Assembly (NCBI GenBank): GCA_964562525.1
Contig: CAZLTL010000013.1
Span: forward strand, 16,698 to 80,697
Source of the DNA: an uncultured bacterium
Lineage (GTDB): Bacteria > Omnitrophota > Omnitrophia > Omnitrophales > Aquincolibacteriaceae
Direction: 5' to 3'
Length of the DNA: 64,000 bases
Below the pieces are notes generated by a model. That model was not told where the DNA came from, did not search any database, and saw only the letters and a program-made list of their open reading frames with translations. The position numbers were made by a program, and so were the translations under genes. Positions 39,220 to 48,967 of this stretch are shown piece by piece. How positions within the stretch are numbered: position 1 is the first letter of the stretch; every line of letters starts with the position of its first letter.

Positions 39220-39696
39220 ATGATTTATTCCAAAACTTGTGAATACGCGATTCGGGCGCTGTTGTTTTTAGCGTCACGCCCCAAAGGGGAGTATTCTTTG
39301 ACGCATGCGGTCAGCAAAGAGACGGGCGTGCCCGCGGCTTACCTTGCCAAAATTTTCAGAGATTTAACGCATCATAAGATTTTGCTTTCCCGCCGCGGCG
39401 CTGCCGGCGGAGTGACGCTGGCCTTGCCGCCTGAAGAGATATCAATCAAAAGGGTTGTGGACGTGATTGATGACCCCGCGCATTTTAAATCTTGCGTGAT
39501 GGGGCTGAATCAATGCTCTGATAAAAATGCGTGTCCGCTTCACGCGGTTTGGACGGTTTCCCGCCAGAAAATTATGGATGAAATGCAGAAATGCAATTTA
39601 GCCACCATTACGAAGAAGGTCGGCAAGGCGCGCTATCGTGAGATGAAGCGCGGACGGCTGAATCTGGATCTCTACCTCTCTAATTCCGGCACTTGA
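39220..39696 (+). CDS. Rrf2-family transcriptional regulator (IscR/NsrR-like, three Cys)
   Basis: MIYSKTCEYAIRALLFLA wHTH and a C-terminal Cys cluster KSCVMGLNQCSDKNACPLH. Confidence 0.8.
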   Translation: MIYSKTCEYAIRALLFLASRPKGEYSLTHAVSKETGVPAAYLAKIFRDLTHHKILLSRRGAAGGVTLALPPEEISIKRVVDVIDDPAHFKSCVMGLNQCSDKNACPLHAVWTVSRQKIMDEMQKCNLATITKKVGKARYREMKRGRLNLDLYLSNSGT

Positions 39697-39803
39697 TATT
39701 TTAACCTTCATAATTAAAGATTGCCAAACTTAAGCTGCTGATTTAGGATGTGCAGGTCTTAATTGGGTGTGCGTGGTGCGCGCCTTTTTTATTGGGGGGA
39801 TTT

Positions 39804-40751
39804 ATGCCTAAAACGGGTTTAGTTTTAATTTTAGCCTTTTCTTTTTGCGTAAACGCAGCCTATGCTCAGGATGCTGCGGTCCAGGCGACGCCTCAAACAG
39901 TAAATGAAAAAGAGTCTTTTTTCGATTGGGATTTGAAGGGTTCGCTCGGCAAAGAAGAAGATGATAAGTTTGATGTGTACGTGCCTGCGGTGTCCGGCTC
40001 GCTTTTAAATGAAACGCCGCAAATCACAACGGAAGTCCGCCCGATGTTTTGGTTTCATAAGATCCCGAAAGATTCGGTCGTGGGGAACGGGAATGTCTAT
40101 TTAATTGCGGCTCAGGCGAGAGTTGCCCTGACAAAGCGGCTGGGCTTTATCGCAACTAAAGACGGTTATGCTTGGATCAAGCCGGACAAAGCGCTTGAAC
40201 ATGACAGCGGCTTTGCGAATCTCGCTTTCGGTTTGAAGTATGCGCTGCTTTATAACGCCAAGAAAAAGCATGTTTTAACCGTGGGCGCCCGCTATGAAGC
40301 CCCAACAGGAAGTTTGGAGCTGAATAAAATTCGTTTTCAGGGCAGCGGCAAGGGGTTGATGGATTTATTTATTACCGGCGAAAAACGCTGGGGTAAATTC
40401 GGCCTACAAAGCAGCTTTGGTTGGACAATCCCTTTTGATACGGTGCGCCAAAGCGGGCTCGTTCATTACCATGCTCACGTCGACTACGAACTGCTCAAAA
40501 ACTTCTTTCCGACTTTTGAATACAACGGCTACACTGTTGCCAATAAAGGTCGCGAGCGCGAGATGGATTTTGAAGGCGGGGATGTCTTTAATTTGGGAAA
40601 TAACGGCGGCAGTACGGTGAATACGTTTGCGCCCGGTTTTCGCTATAAATTCAATGATCATTTTCAGTTTGGATCAGCTTTTGAATTCAGCGTTGGCCGC
40701 CAAGACTTGACGGATTATCGCGTTCAAACGGACGTGGTTATTTCGTTTTAA
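39804..40751 (+). CDS. outer-membrane beta-barrel protein (porin-like)
   Basis: Signal peptide from the ATG at 39804 (the ORF-track start at 39750 is a GTG), amphipathic beta strands, and a C-terminal aromatic (VVISF). Confidence 0.55.
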   Translation: MPKTGLVLILAFSFCVNAAYAQDAAVQATPQTVNEKESFFDWDLKGSLGKEEDDKFDVYVPAVSGSLLNETPQITTEVRPMFWFHKIPKDSVVGNGNVYLIAAQARVALTKRLGFIATKDGYAWIKPDKALEHDSGFANLAFGLKYALLYNAKKKHVLTVGARYEAPTGSLELNKIRFQGSGKGLMDLFITGEKRWGKFGLQSSFGWTIPFDTVRQSGLVHYHAHVDYELLKNFFPTFEYNGYTVANKGREREMDFEGGDVFNLGNNGGSTVNTFAPGFRYKFNDHFQFGSAFEFSVGRQDLTDYRVQTDVVISF

Positions 40752-40774
40752 TCTTAACCCTGGGGAGTTTTTGA

Positions 40775-42889
40775 ATGCAGGACAGTTTGCAGCGTTTTAC
40801 GTACGATGACGATACAGTAAAAAAATTTACTCTAGCCACGATGATTTGGGGCGCGGTAGCGATGCTCGTGGGCGTCATTGTGGCGCTTCAGCTCGCGAAT
40901 TGGAGATTTAATCTCTTCAATTTGCCTGAGCTCAGTTTCGGGCGTTTGCGTCCGCTGCATACTAATGCCGCTATTTTCGCGTTTGCCGGAAACGCCATTT
41001 TTGCGGGTGTTTATCATTCATCGCAAAGATTGCTGAAAACCCGGATTTACTCCGGAGTTTTGAGCGCCATCCACTTTTGGGGCTGGCAGCTTATCATTGT
41101 CTTAGCCGCGCTAACGATTCCGCTTGGTATTACAACGGGAAAGGAGTATGCCGAATTAGAATGGCCGATTGATATTTTGATCGCGGTCGTTTGGGTTGTT
41201 TTTACGGTCAATTTTTTCGGCATGCTTGTGAAACGTAGGGAACGTCACCTCTATGTGGCTATCTGGTTTTATCTGGCTTCGATTTTGACCGTTGCCGTTT
41301 TGCATATCATTAACTCCATCGCATTGCCCGTCAGCTTTGTCAAAAGTTACCCGGTTTATGCCGGAGTTCAGGACGCGTTGGTGCAATGGTGGTATGGACA
41401 TAACGCGGTGGCATTTTTCTTAACGACGCCTTTTTTGGGATTGATGTATTACTACTTGCCCAAAGCCGTGAACCGTCCGGTTTACAGCTACCGTCTTTCA
41501 ATTATTCACTTCTGGTCGCTTGTTTTTCTTTATATTTGGACCGGCCCGCATCATTTGCTGCATTCCGCTTTGCCGGATTGGGCGCAGTCGGTAGGAATGG
41601 TATTTAGCATTATGCTGCTAGCGCCGAGCTGGGGCGGTATGATTAACGGGTTGCTGACTTTGCGCGGAGCTTGGCACCGTGTCCGCCATGAGCCTATCCT
41701 TAAGTTTTTTGTCGCGGCGATTACTTTTTACGGTATGTCCACGTTTGAAGGGCCTTTGCTTTCGATTAAATCCGTGAACGCTCTCGCGCATTTTACGGAC
41801 TGGATTATCGCGCATGTGCATGCCGGTGTTTTAGGCTGGAATGGTTTTATGATCGCAGCCATGCTGTATTACATCGTTCCCAAACTTTGGAATACAAAGC
41901 TTTACAGCGAGAAGCTCGCGAACTTTCACTTTTGGATCGCGACCGCGGGCATTGTGCTTTATATCACTTCGATGTGGGCCGCCGGTATTACGCAAGGGTT
42001 GATGTGGCAAGCGCTGGACGGGGCGCGTTTGGTTTATCCCGATTTTGTTGAGACCGTGACAAAAATTGTACCGCTGTATTATGTGCGCGCATTCGGAGGC
42101 ACGCTTTATTTGGCGGGGTATTTGGTGATGCTCTACAACTTATTTAAAACTATCGCCGCTGGAAAAAAAGAAGAAAAAGAAATTTTAGTCGCTCCCGCGC
42201 TGGGCGATTTTTCTAAAGACAATCAAGGTCACCGCTATATCGAAGGTTTGCCGACGGTGATGACGATTCTCGTTGTCATTTCTATTTTAGTCGGGTCGGT
42301 GATTGAATTACTGCCGACGATACTTGCGCACCGCTATTTTGTTCCCGGAAAAATTACGCGTCAGCCGTATTCACCGCTTGAGCTCGCAGGGCGCGATATT
42401 TATATTCGCGAAGGCTGCTATACCTGTCATTCGCAAATGGTGCGCTCACTTCCTTTTGACATGATCCGTTATGGCGAGCGCTCCAAACCCGAAGATTTTA
42501 TTTTTGATCATCCCTTTCAGTGGGGATCACGCCGCATTGGACCGGATTTGGCGCATGTTGGCGGGAAATATCCTGACTCCTGGCATTTCTATCACATGAT
42601 GGATCCGCGGCGCATTACGCCTAATTCGTTGATGCCGTCTTATCCGCAAATGTACCGCAATAAAATTGATTACAGCAAGCTTTCCAAAAAGCTGACGGTC
42701 ATGAAAAACTTGGGCGTGCCTTACGCGCCTGAAGATGTCGCGAACGCTGCGGCGCACGCAGAAACGCAAGCGAAAGCGATTGCCGAAGAGCTGCGCAAGC
42801 AGGGCGTTACGGGACATTTGGATGATAAAGAAATGCTGGCGATTATTGCTTATCTGCAGAGTTTAAAAGTAGAAAAGAGCGCTTCATGA
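40775..42889 (+). CDS. ccoNO: cbb3-type cytochrome c oxidase, fused subunits I and II (CcoN-CcoO)
   Basis: 704 aa. 12 TM helices of a heme-copper oxidase are followed by a CcoO-like monoheme domain (CYTCHSQ). Confidence 0.85.
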   Translation: MQDSLQRFTYDDDTVKKFTLATMIWGAVAMLVGVIVALQLANWRFNLFNLPELSFGRLRPLHTNAAIFAFAGNAIFAGVYHSSQRLLKTRIYSGVLSAIHFWGWQLIIVLAALTIPLGITTGKEYAELEWPIDILIAVVWVVFTVNFFGMLVKRRERHLYVAIWFYLASILTVAVLHIINSIALPVSFVKSYPVYAGVQDALVQWWYGHNAVAFFLTTPFLGLMYYYLPKAVNRPVYSYRLSIIHFWSLVFLYIWTGPHHLLHSALPDWAQSVGMVFSIMLLAPSWGGMINGLLTLRGAWHRVRHEPILKFFVAAITFYGMSTFEGPLLSIKSVNALAHFTDWIIAHVHAGVLGWNGFMIAAMLYYIVPKLWNTKLYSEKLANFHFWIATAGIVLYITSMWAAGITQGLMWQALDGARLVYPDFVETVTKIVPLYYVRAFGGTLYLAGYLVMLYNLFKTIAAGKKEEKEILVAPALGDFSKDNQGHRYIEGLPTVMTILVVISILVGSVIELLPTILAHRYFVPGKITRQPYSPLELAGRDIYIREGCYTCHSQMVRSLPFDMIRYGERSKPEDFIFDHPFQWGSRRIGPDLAHVGGKYPDSWHFYHMMDPRRITPNSLMPSYPQMYRNKIDYSKLSKKLTVMKNLGVPYAPEDVANAAAHAETQAKAIAEELRKQGVTGHLDDKEMLAIIAYLQSLKVEKSAS

Positions 42890-43047
42890 AGTCTCTTTTT
42901 TTGGCGAATTATGGATTGGGCTACTTGAATTGCTTCGCGATGTTGCTTTTTTTGGCGATTTTTATCGGTGCTTTGATTTGGGTTTACCGCAAATCTGGGG
43001 CCGCTTATTACCGTTATATGGAAAAACTTCCACTCCAAGGAGATTAG
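42886..43047 (+). CDS. ccoQ: cbb3 oxidase small subunit CcoQ-like (unannotated, 53 aa)
   Basis: Encodes MKSLFLANYGLGYLNCFAMLLFLAIFIGALIWVYRKSGAAYYRYMEKLPLQGD. It has a single TM, an ATGA overlap with the ccoNO stop, and ends 4 nt before ccoP. Confidence 0.5.
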   Translation: MKSLFLANYGLGYLNCFAMLLFLAIFIGALIWVYRKSGAAYYRYMEKLPLQGD

Positions 43048-43050
43048 AAC

Positions 43051-43656
43051 ATGAGCTCAAATCAAAATAATTCGGACACAAATTCCGATGAAAAACTTTT
43101 AGATCACAATTACGACGGTATTCAGGAGTTGGATAATCCGCTGCCGGCATGGTGGGTGTCCCTTTTTTATATTACGATTGTTTTTTCTTTTGTATATATG
43201 ATCGTTTTCTCATTTTTTGTTCCTTCGACGGGAGCTTTAGCCGATCAGCAAATGGAGAAGTTAACAACAAAGCCGGTCCAAACGGCTGCTCCTGCTTCCG
43301 AAGCGGAAACGGAAACGAGTTCCGCTTCGGCCCCTGCGGAGTTAACTTTTCCGAATGATGAAGATGCACTTGAGATGGGGAAGAAAGTTTATGATTCGAA
43401 GTGTTTGGCTTGCCATGGGGCCAAGGGCGAAGGCTTGGTGGGTCCGAATATGACCGATGATTATTGGATTCATGGAAAAGGCACTGAAGCGGATATGTAC
43501 AAAGTGGTTGTGGAAGGTGTTCCCGATAAGGGCATGATTTCATGGCAGCCGCTTTTGAGTGATGAAGAAATCAAAGCTGTGGTTGTTTATATTAAGACAT
43601 TGCATGGAACTAATCCTGCAAACGCAAAAGCGCCTCAGGGTGAAAAGGTGGGGTGA
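43051..43656 (+). CDS. ccoP: cbb3 oxidase subunit III CcoP, monoheme variant
   Basis: N-terminal FixP signature (HNYDGIQELDNPLPAWW), a TM helix, and a single CLACH heme site. Confidence 0.7.
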   Translation: MSSNQNNSDTNSDEKLLDHNYDGIQELDNPLPAWWVSLFYITIVFSFVYMIVFSFFVPSTGALADQQMEKLTTKPVQTAAPASEAETETSSASAPAELTFPNDEDALEMGKKVYDSKCLACHGAKGEGLVGPNMTDDYWIHGKGTEADMYKVVVEGVPDKGMISWQPLLSDEEIKAVVVYIKTLHGTNPANAKAPQGEKVG

Positions 43657-45068
43657 TGAACCCCGCTGAACTTGATCCTGAAAGATTAGCGACCACCGCC
43701 GCGGATGGGTCGCGCGTTTATCTGCATACGGCTTCTGTAAAAGGCAAGCTTCGTAATCTGCGTAATGTTGTTTATGACATTCTCCTCATCTTTTTTCTTT
43801 GTGTTCCCTGGATTCGCATCGGCGGGGAACCGTTACTCCTGCTTGATCTTCCCCGGCGTCACTTCAGTATTTTAGGCGTGACCTTCTGGGGGCATGACGC
43901 GCCCATGCTTTTCCTCATCTTTCTTTTTTTTGTGGTTTCCATCGGATTAATTACGGCGTTGTTCGGACGCGGATGGTGTGGCTGGGCTTGCCCGCAAACG
44001 GTTTTTATCGACCGGGTGTTTGTGCGGATCGAACGCTGGATTGAAGGCGATGCTGCAGCTCAGAAAAAACTGGATGAAGCTCCTTTGAGTTTAGCGAAGG
44101 CCTTTAAGCGAGTTATCAAGTGGGCGTTGTTTTTGGCTGCGTCGCTGGTGATTACGCATAGTTTTCTGGCTTATTTCGTAGGCACTGACAGGCTCGCGCA
44201 AATGGTGACGCATTCGCCTTTTGAGAATCCGACTTCATTTTTGGTTATTTTCATTACCACGGCGATTATTCTTTTCGATTTCGGCTGGTTCCGCGAGCAA
44301 TTTTGTATTATTGCTTGTCCTTATGGACGGCTCCAATCCGTTCTCATGGATGATCATAGTTTGATCGTGGCTTATGACACGAAGCGCGGCGAGCCCCGCC
44401 GCCAAAAAGGCATGGATAAGTCCCAGCATGGCGATTGCGTTAATTGTTACCGCTGTGTTCAGGTTTGTCCGACCGGAATTGATATTCGACGGGGCGTGCA
44501 AATGGAATGCATTGCTTGCACCGCGTGTATTGACGCCTGCGACGAAGTGATGACCAAAATCAATAAGCCAAAGGGGCTGATTCGCTATGACACGGAAGCG
44601 GCTTTAAGCCGGAAAAAGGTAGAATACATCCGCCCGCGCACGCTGATTTACTCGTTTGTGATTGTCTTAGCGCTTGGGACTTTGTTTTTTGTTTTATCGA
44701 CGCGTGAGCTGATTAAGGTTAACTTTGTTCACGCACTTGATAATCCATTTCAAGTGGTGCATGAAGGAGAAGAAGTGATTAATCATTACAAGGTTGCGAT
44801 TCGCAATCAGGATACACGGGATGTGCGGATTGAATTTGCATTGCCAGAAGCCATGGCTCAGGCCAAGGTGAAGCTGATGATGCCTTTGGCGCCTTTGACG
44901 CTCGAGGCGGGAAAATCGGTTCGTGCGGATTTGTTTGTGACTTTTCCAAAATTGATTTTAGAGCAAAGCCAATCGGTGATTCCGGTTGTTTTGCGCAGCT
45001 CTTTTTCGGATGGGCAAATTAAAGAAACCGATAAACAAATTCCAATTGTTGGGCCGGGGTTAGTCTAA
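43656..45068 (+). CDS. ccoG: cbb3 oxidase accessory 4Fe-4S ferredoxin CcoG/FixG
   Basis: CGWACPQ, CIIACPYGRLQ and CVNCYRCVQVCP clusters plus TM helices. Confidence 0.8.
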   Translation: MNPAELDPERLATTAADGSRVYLHTASVKGKLRNLRNVVYDILLIFFLCVPWIRIGGEPLLLLDLPRRHFSILGVTFWGHDAPMLFLIFLFFVVSIGLITALFGRGWCGWACPQTVFIDRVFVRIERWIEGDAAAQKKLDEAPLSLAKAFKRVIKWALFLAASLVITHSFLAYFVGTDRLAQMVTHSPFENPTSFLVIFITTAIILFDFGWFREQFCIIACPYGRLQSVLMDDHSLIVAYDTKRGEPRRQKGMDKSQHGDCVNCYRCVQVCPTGIDIRRGVQMECIACTACIDACDEVMTKINKPKGLIRYDTEAALSRKKVEYIRPRTLIYSFVIVLALGTLFFVLSTRELIKVNFVHALDNPFQVVHEGEEVINHYKVAIRNQDTRDVRIEFALPEAMAQAKVKLMMPLAPLTLEAGKSVRADLFVTFPKLILEQSQSVIPVVLRSSFSDGQIKETDKQIPIVGPGLV

Positions 45069-45739
45069 TGCAGTGTCATTCCGGCGCGGCGCATGTCATG
45101 ATTCCTTCAGCGGTGTTGATGGCGAGTTTGCTCGGAAGCGGACATTGCGCTTTGATGTGCGGTGGGCTTGTTGTTTCCGCTGCGCGGACTTTTTGGCAGA
45201 ATTTTTTTTATCATGCGGGACGATTGCTGGGCTATTTGGTTTTAGGAATTTTGTCAGGGTGGCTCGGGCAGAATGTGGCGACGCAATTACCGCCCGGAGT
45301 TTCGGAGGCTGTTGCTTGGCTTGTTGCGCTGAGTTTTATTGGATTGGGGTTAGTGGGATGGAAGCAGGGCTCATGGCATTTACCTGTTCCCGGCGCGGCC
45401 TGGGTCAATCAATGGACAGTCAGCTTGTTCCGGCAGTTGACCGATAAGACTAAGCCACAGCGGGCTTATTACGCCGGAGCAATCGGGTTGCTTTCTATTT
45501 TCCTGCCCTGCGGTTGGCTGTATTCTTTTGTTTTGGCTTCGGCTTCCATCGCGGATCCGCTCAAAAGCGCGGCGATGATGGGTGTTTTTTGGGCCGGAAG
45601 CGTTCCGGCCTTGGTGATTTCGCCTTTGCTTTTGCGAAAAGTTTTTTCTCTGACCGAGGGCGTGGCTCCGAAAGTTTCTTCATTGCTTTTAATCGCGGCG
45701 GGGCTTTTTCCGATTCTGCTGCGTTATATTCGATTTTAA
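45068..45739 (+). CDS. DsbD_2/TauE-like membrane protein (SGHCALMCGG motif) in the position usually held by ccoH
   Basis: 223 aa, 6 TM helices, and a Cys pair in TM1. Confidence 0.5.
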   Translation: MQCHSGAAHVMIPSAVLMASLLGSGHCALMCGGLVVSAARTFWQNFFYHAGRLLGYLVLGILSGWLGQNVATQLPPGVSEAVAWLVALSFIGLGLVGWKQGSWHLPVPGAAWVNQWTVSLFRQLTDKTKPQRAYYAGAIGLLSIFLPCGWLYSFVLASASIADPLKSAAMMGVFWAGSVPALVISPLLLRKVFSLTEGVAPKVSSLLLIAAGLFPILLRYIRF

Positions 45740-45751
45740 TCACAGGGTAGC

Positions 45752-48184
45752 ATGAGCTCTTCTTTATCTTTAACCACGGATGCATCAAAAACAGCGGCAG
45801 CGAATGCTGCTTTGGTTTGTTCGCATTGCGGGCTTTCTGTTCCGGCTTTTCGAACTGTTGGTAAATCTACTCAAGACACGGTTTTTTGCTGCGAAGGCTG
45901 CAAAACGGTTTATCAAATCATCACGGGGCACCATCTCGAAGAGTATTACACCATTAAAAAGCAATCCGACTTTTTTGCGAATAGTCAGCCTGCCTCGTCG
46001 GTGATCAGCCGGTACGCTTATTTAGATGAATCTTCAGTCAAAGAAAAATTCGCTTACGGCCCGGGCTCGCAATGCATGGATTTTTATATCGAGGGGGTTC
46101 ACTGCGTTGCTTGTTTGTGGTTGATTGAACGCATCGGAAAATTGGTGCCCGGAGTACAAGGTGTTCAGATGAGTTTGGGTTCTTTGGTCGCGAAAGTCTC
46201 GCTCGCCGAAAGCGGCTCTTTTTCAGCCGTAGCAGAAGGATTTGAGCGTATTGGTTATAAGCCGCACCCTGTCTCCGAAGGCCGGCAAGCCAGTGATTTG
46301 AACCGCGCTGAAAACCGCCGCGATATGGCCCGCATCGGGGTATCCGGTTTTTTTATGATGAATATCATGATTCTTTTTGTTTCTATTTATGCCGGCGTTG
46401 AATCGGGGTTGCTCGATTTCTTTCGTTGGCTTTCCGGCGCGCTTTTTTTGCCGGTGGCGACTTACGGAGCCATGCCGTTTTACCGCGGAGCATGGTCGGC
46501 GATTCGAGCTAGGCAAATGAATATTGATTTGCCGGTTGCCGGAGCGATTATGCTGGGTTCCTGTGCCAGCCTTTGGAATTTAATCACGGGTTCTGAGCAT
46601 ATTTATTTTGATTCGCTCACGGCTTTTGTGTTTTTGCTTCTTTCCGCGCGTTATGCACTCAAAACGATTTATCAAAAAACAGCATCACAAATCGGAGCAG
46701 GTGAGTTTTTAATTCCAAAAAGCGCTTTGCGTTACGATTCCAATTCAAAAAAAACGGAAGTGTTTTCGCTTGAGCGTATTTTTCCGGGAGAGTTGATTTT
46801 GATTCCTCAAGGCGAAGTGATTGCCGCGGATGGCGAAGTTGCCGAAGGTGTGGGATATGCGGACTTTCATATGATCAGCGGTGAATCTGAGCCTGTTAAA
46901 TTGCAGCAAGGTTCCAAGGTTTACGCGGGAACCATTAATGTAGGGCCGGATTTAATTGTTCGTGTTTCTGCGGTCGGGGGTCAAACCCGTATTGAGCGTT
47001 TATTGCAAAGCGTTGCTGATCTTGAAAAGCCGAAGACCGTACAATACGCTGATTTCGCCGCGAAGCGTTATTTGGGCGCGGTTTTTTTGGGCGCTTTGGC
47101 GCTTCTTTTTTCGAGTGTTAAGCTGAGTTTCGCAGCGGCTTTTGACCGCGCGCTTTCCATGATTATCATTGCCTGTCCTTGCGCTTTAGCTTTGGCAACG
47201 CCTTTGGCTTATCGCATGGCTTCGAGAGCTTGTGCCCGGATGGGAGTTTTGCTGAAAGGTGTTTCCGCTTTAGATAAACTTGCCAGAGCTGAAAAACTTT
47301 TTTTGGATAAAACCGGAACTTTGACGCATGGTCGCTTTGAAGTTTTGGAATGGCGAGTTTTAGAGGGCGCCGATTTGAGCGAGATTGCCTATTTACTGGA
47401 AAAGGCGTCTGCGCATCCGATTGCATTGGCTTTGCGCGATTATGCGCTGCAAAGGCATTCCAATCCCGGAGAAGGGTTGGAACTCAAAGACTGGCGCGAA
47501 GTATTGGGGACAGGAGTTTCGGGTTTTGTGAATGGTAAATACTATGAAATTAAAGGCGTGTCGTTGTCGCAAAATAGCCAAGATTTTGGAACGGCAGTAA
47601 AAAGTTCCGTGGGCATTTTTGAGAATGGTGTTTTGAAGGTTCAAATTCAATTAGGTGACCGGATTCGCGAAGATTCTTTGGATGCTTTGGAAAAGCTGAG
47701 TAAACAATTTGAATCGATTCATATGATTACCGGTGACCGGATTGAAACTGCGCAAGCGGTGGCAGGGCAATTGAAAATGATGAATTACACCGCGCAAATG
47801 AGTCCGGAAGCGAAAAAAGAACTGCTGGAAAAAGAATCCGTCTCACTCATGGTGGGCGATGGGGCTAACGATGCCTCAGCCATGAAAGCCGCGAGCGTTT
47901 CCGTGGCTGTTCAAGGCAGTATTGAAACCAGTTTTCAATGCGCGGATGCTTATTTGACGGTTCCCGGGCTTAAAACGCTTCCGGAGCTGGTTGCGGTGGC
48001 ACGACGCACGCGCGTAGTGGTATGGATCGCTTTGCTGGCATCGCTAGGCTACAATCTTTCCGGCATGGTTTTGGCAGTCTTAGGCCATGTGACACCGCTC
48101 ATTGCAGCCATTGTCATGCCGCTCAGTTCTTTTACGGTGCTTGCGATCGCTTATATCGGCATTCATTGGAGGCCGAAACTCTGA
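45752..48184 (+). CDS. ccoI: copper-translocating P1B-type ATPase CcoI/FixI
   Basis: CPC motif (CPCALALATP), DKTGTLT phosphorylation site, GDGANDA hinge, and N-terminal CxxC pairs. Confidence 0.9.
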   Translation: MSSSLSLTTDASKTAAANAALVCSHCGLSVPAFRTVGKSTQDTVFCCEGCKTVYQIITGHHLEEYYTIKKQSDFFANSQPASSVISRYAYLDESSVKEKFAYGPGSQCMDFYIEGVHCVACLWLIERIGKLVPGVQGVQMSLGSLVAKVSLAESGSFSAVAEGFERIGYKPHPVSEGRQASDLNRAENRRDMARIGVSGFFMMNIMILFVSIYAGVESGLLDFFRWLSGALFLPVATYGAMPFYRGAWSAIRARQMNIDLPVAGAIMLGSCASLWNLITGSEHIYFDSLTAFVFLLLSARYALKTIYQKTASQIGAGEFLIPKSALRYDSNSKKTEVFSLERIFPGELILIPQGEVIAADGEVAEGVGYADFHMISGESEPVKLQQGSKVYAGTINVGPDLIVRVSAVGGQTRIERLLQSVADLEKPKTVQYADFAAKRYLGAVFLGALALLFSSVKLSFAAAFDRALSMIIIACPCALALATPLAYRMASRACARMGVLLKGVSALDKLARAEKLFLDKTGTLTHGRFEVLEWRVLEGADLSEIAYLLEKASAHPIALALRDYALQRHSNPGEGLELKDWREVLGTGVSGFVNGKYYEIKGVSLSQNSQDFGTAVKSSVGIFENGVLKVQIQLGDRIREDSLDALEKLSKQFESIHMITGDRIETAQAVAGQLKMMNYTAQMSPEAKKELLEKESVSLMVGDGANDASAMKAASVSVAVQGSIETSFQCADAYLTVPGLKTLPELVAVARRTRVVVWIALLASLGYNLSGMVLAVLGHVTPLIAAIVMPLSSFTVLAIAYIGIHWRPKL

Positions 48185-48375
48185 TGGAAATTATTTTTAT
48201 TCTTTTACCGCTGGCTTTGGGGATCGCTTTTTTTTTTCTTGCCGCTTATATTTGGGCGGTCAAGACCGGTCAGTTTGACGATACGACTACGCCCGCTTAT
48301 CGGATTTTAATCGAAGATTCCGAATCGAGCGCCGCCCAGACTGCCCAAAAAATAAAAATGAACCAAGACGTTTGA
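48184..48375 (+). CDS. ccoS: cbb3 oxidase maturation protein CcoS/FixS
   Basis: 63 aa with one TM. MEIIFILLPLALGIAFFFLAAYIWAVKTGQFDD is typical of CcoS. Its start overlaps the ccoI stop. Confidence 0.7.
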   Translation: MEIIFILLPLALGIAFFFLAAYIWAVKTGQFDDTTTPAYRILIEDSESSAAQTAQKIKMNQDV

Positions 48376-48455
48376 TTTGCGAGTAGTTTGAATTTTATTT
48401 TTAAGCTATGATTCCGCGCTCTATTTTTTATTCAAATTAGCGAGGTTGGAAAAAC

Positions 48456-48911
48456 GTGAAAAAGTATCCGCATTTAGAAGTTCGAGGTTCTGACATTCAT
48501 CACCGCGGAGTTTTTGCCGCGCGGTTGATTAAAAAGGGCGAACGAATTATTGAATATACCGGCCGAAAGCTGACTGCCGCGCAAGCCGAGCGCAGTAAGT
48601 CGGATTATCTTTTTCAGCTCAACTCCAAAACATTTATTGACGGTAAAAACACCGCGCGGTACATCAATCATTCCTGCGATGAAAACGCGGTTGTGAATAT
48701 TGAGCGCGGGCACATTTGGATTGATGCGAGTAAAGATATTCAGAAGGGCGAGGAGATCGTTTACAGCTATAGCTATGATTTAGAAGAGTCGAAGGATTAT
48801 CCCTGCGCCTGCGGAGCTAAGCGCTGCGTCGGGTATATTCTCGATGAACTCTATTGGCCTGATCTGAAAAAACTTCAGGCTAAAGCAGAGCGTCGATTAA
48901 CGCGCGCCTGA
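48456..48911 (+). CDS. SET-domain protein (lysine methyltransferase-like)
   Basis: GVFA ... RYINHSCDENA ... GEEIVYSYSYD ... post-SET CACGAKRCVGYI. GTG start with a good RBS. Confidence 0.75.
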   Translation: MKKYPHLEVRGSDIHHRGVFAARLIKKGERIIEYTGRKLTAAQAERSKSDYLFQLNSKTFIDGKNTARYINHSCDENAVVNIERGHIWIDASKDIQKGEEIVYSYSYDLEESKDYPCACGAKRCVGYILDELYWPDLKKLQAKAERRLTRA

Positions 48912-48914
48912 AAT

Positions 48915-48948
48915 AAAAAACCCGCGAGACAAAATGTCCCGCGGGTTT
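48915..48948. terminator. bidirectional rho-independent terminator
   Basis: aaaaaa-cccgcgagacaaaatgtcccgcggg-ttt. Confidence 0.65.
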
Positions 48949-48967
48949 GATGCTAACTCAAAAACTT

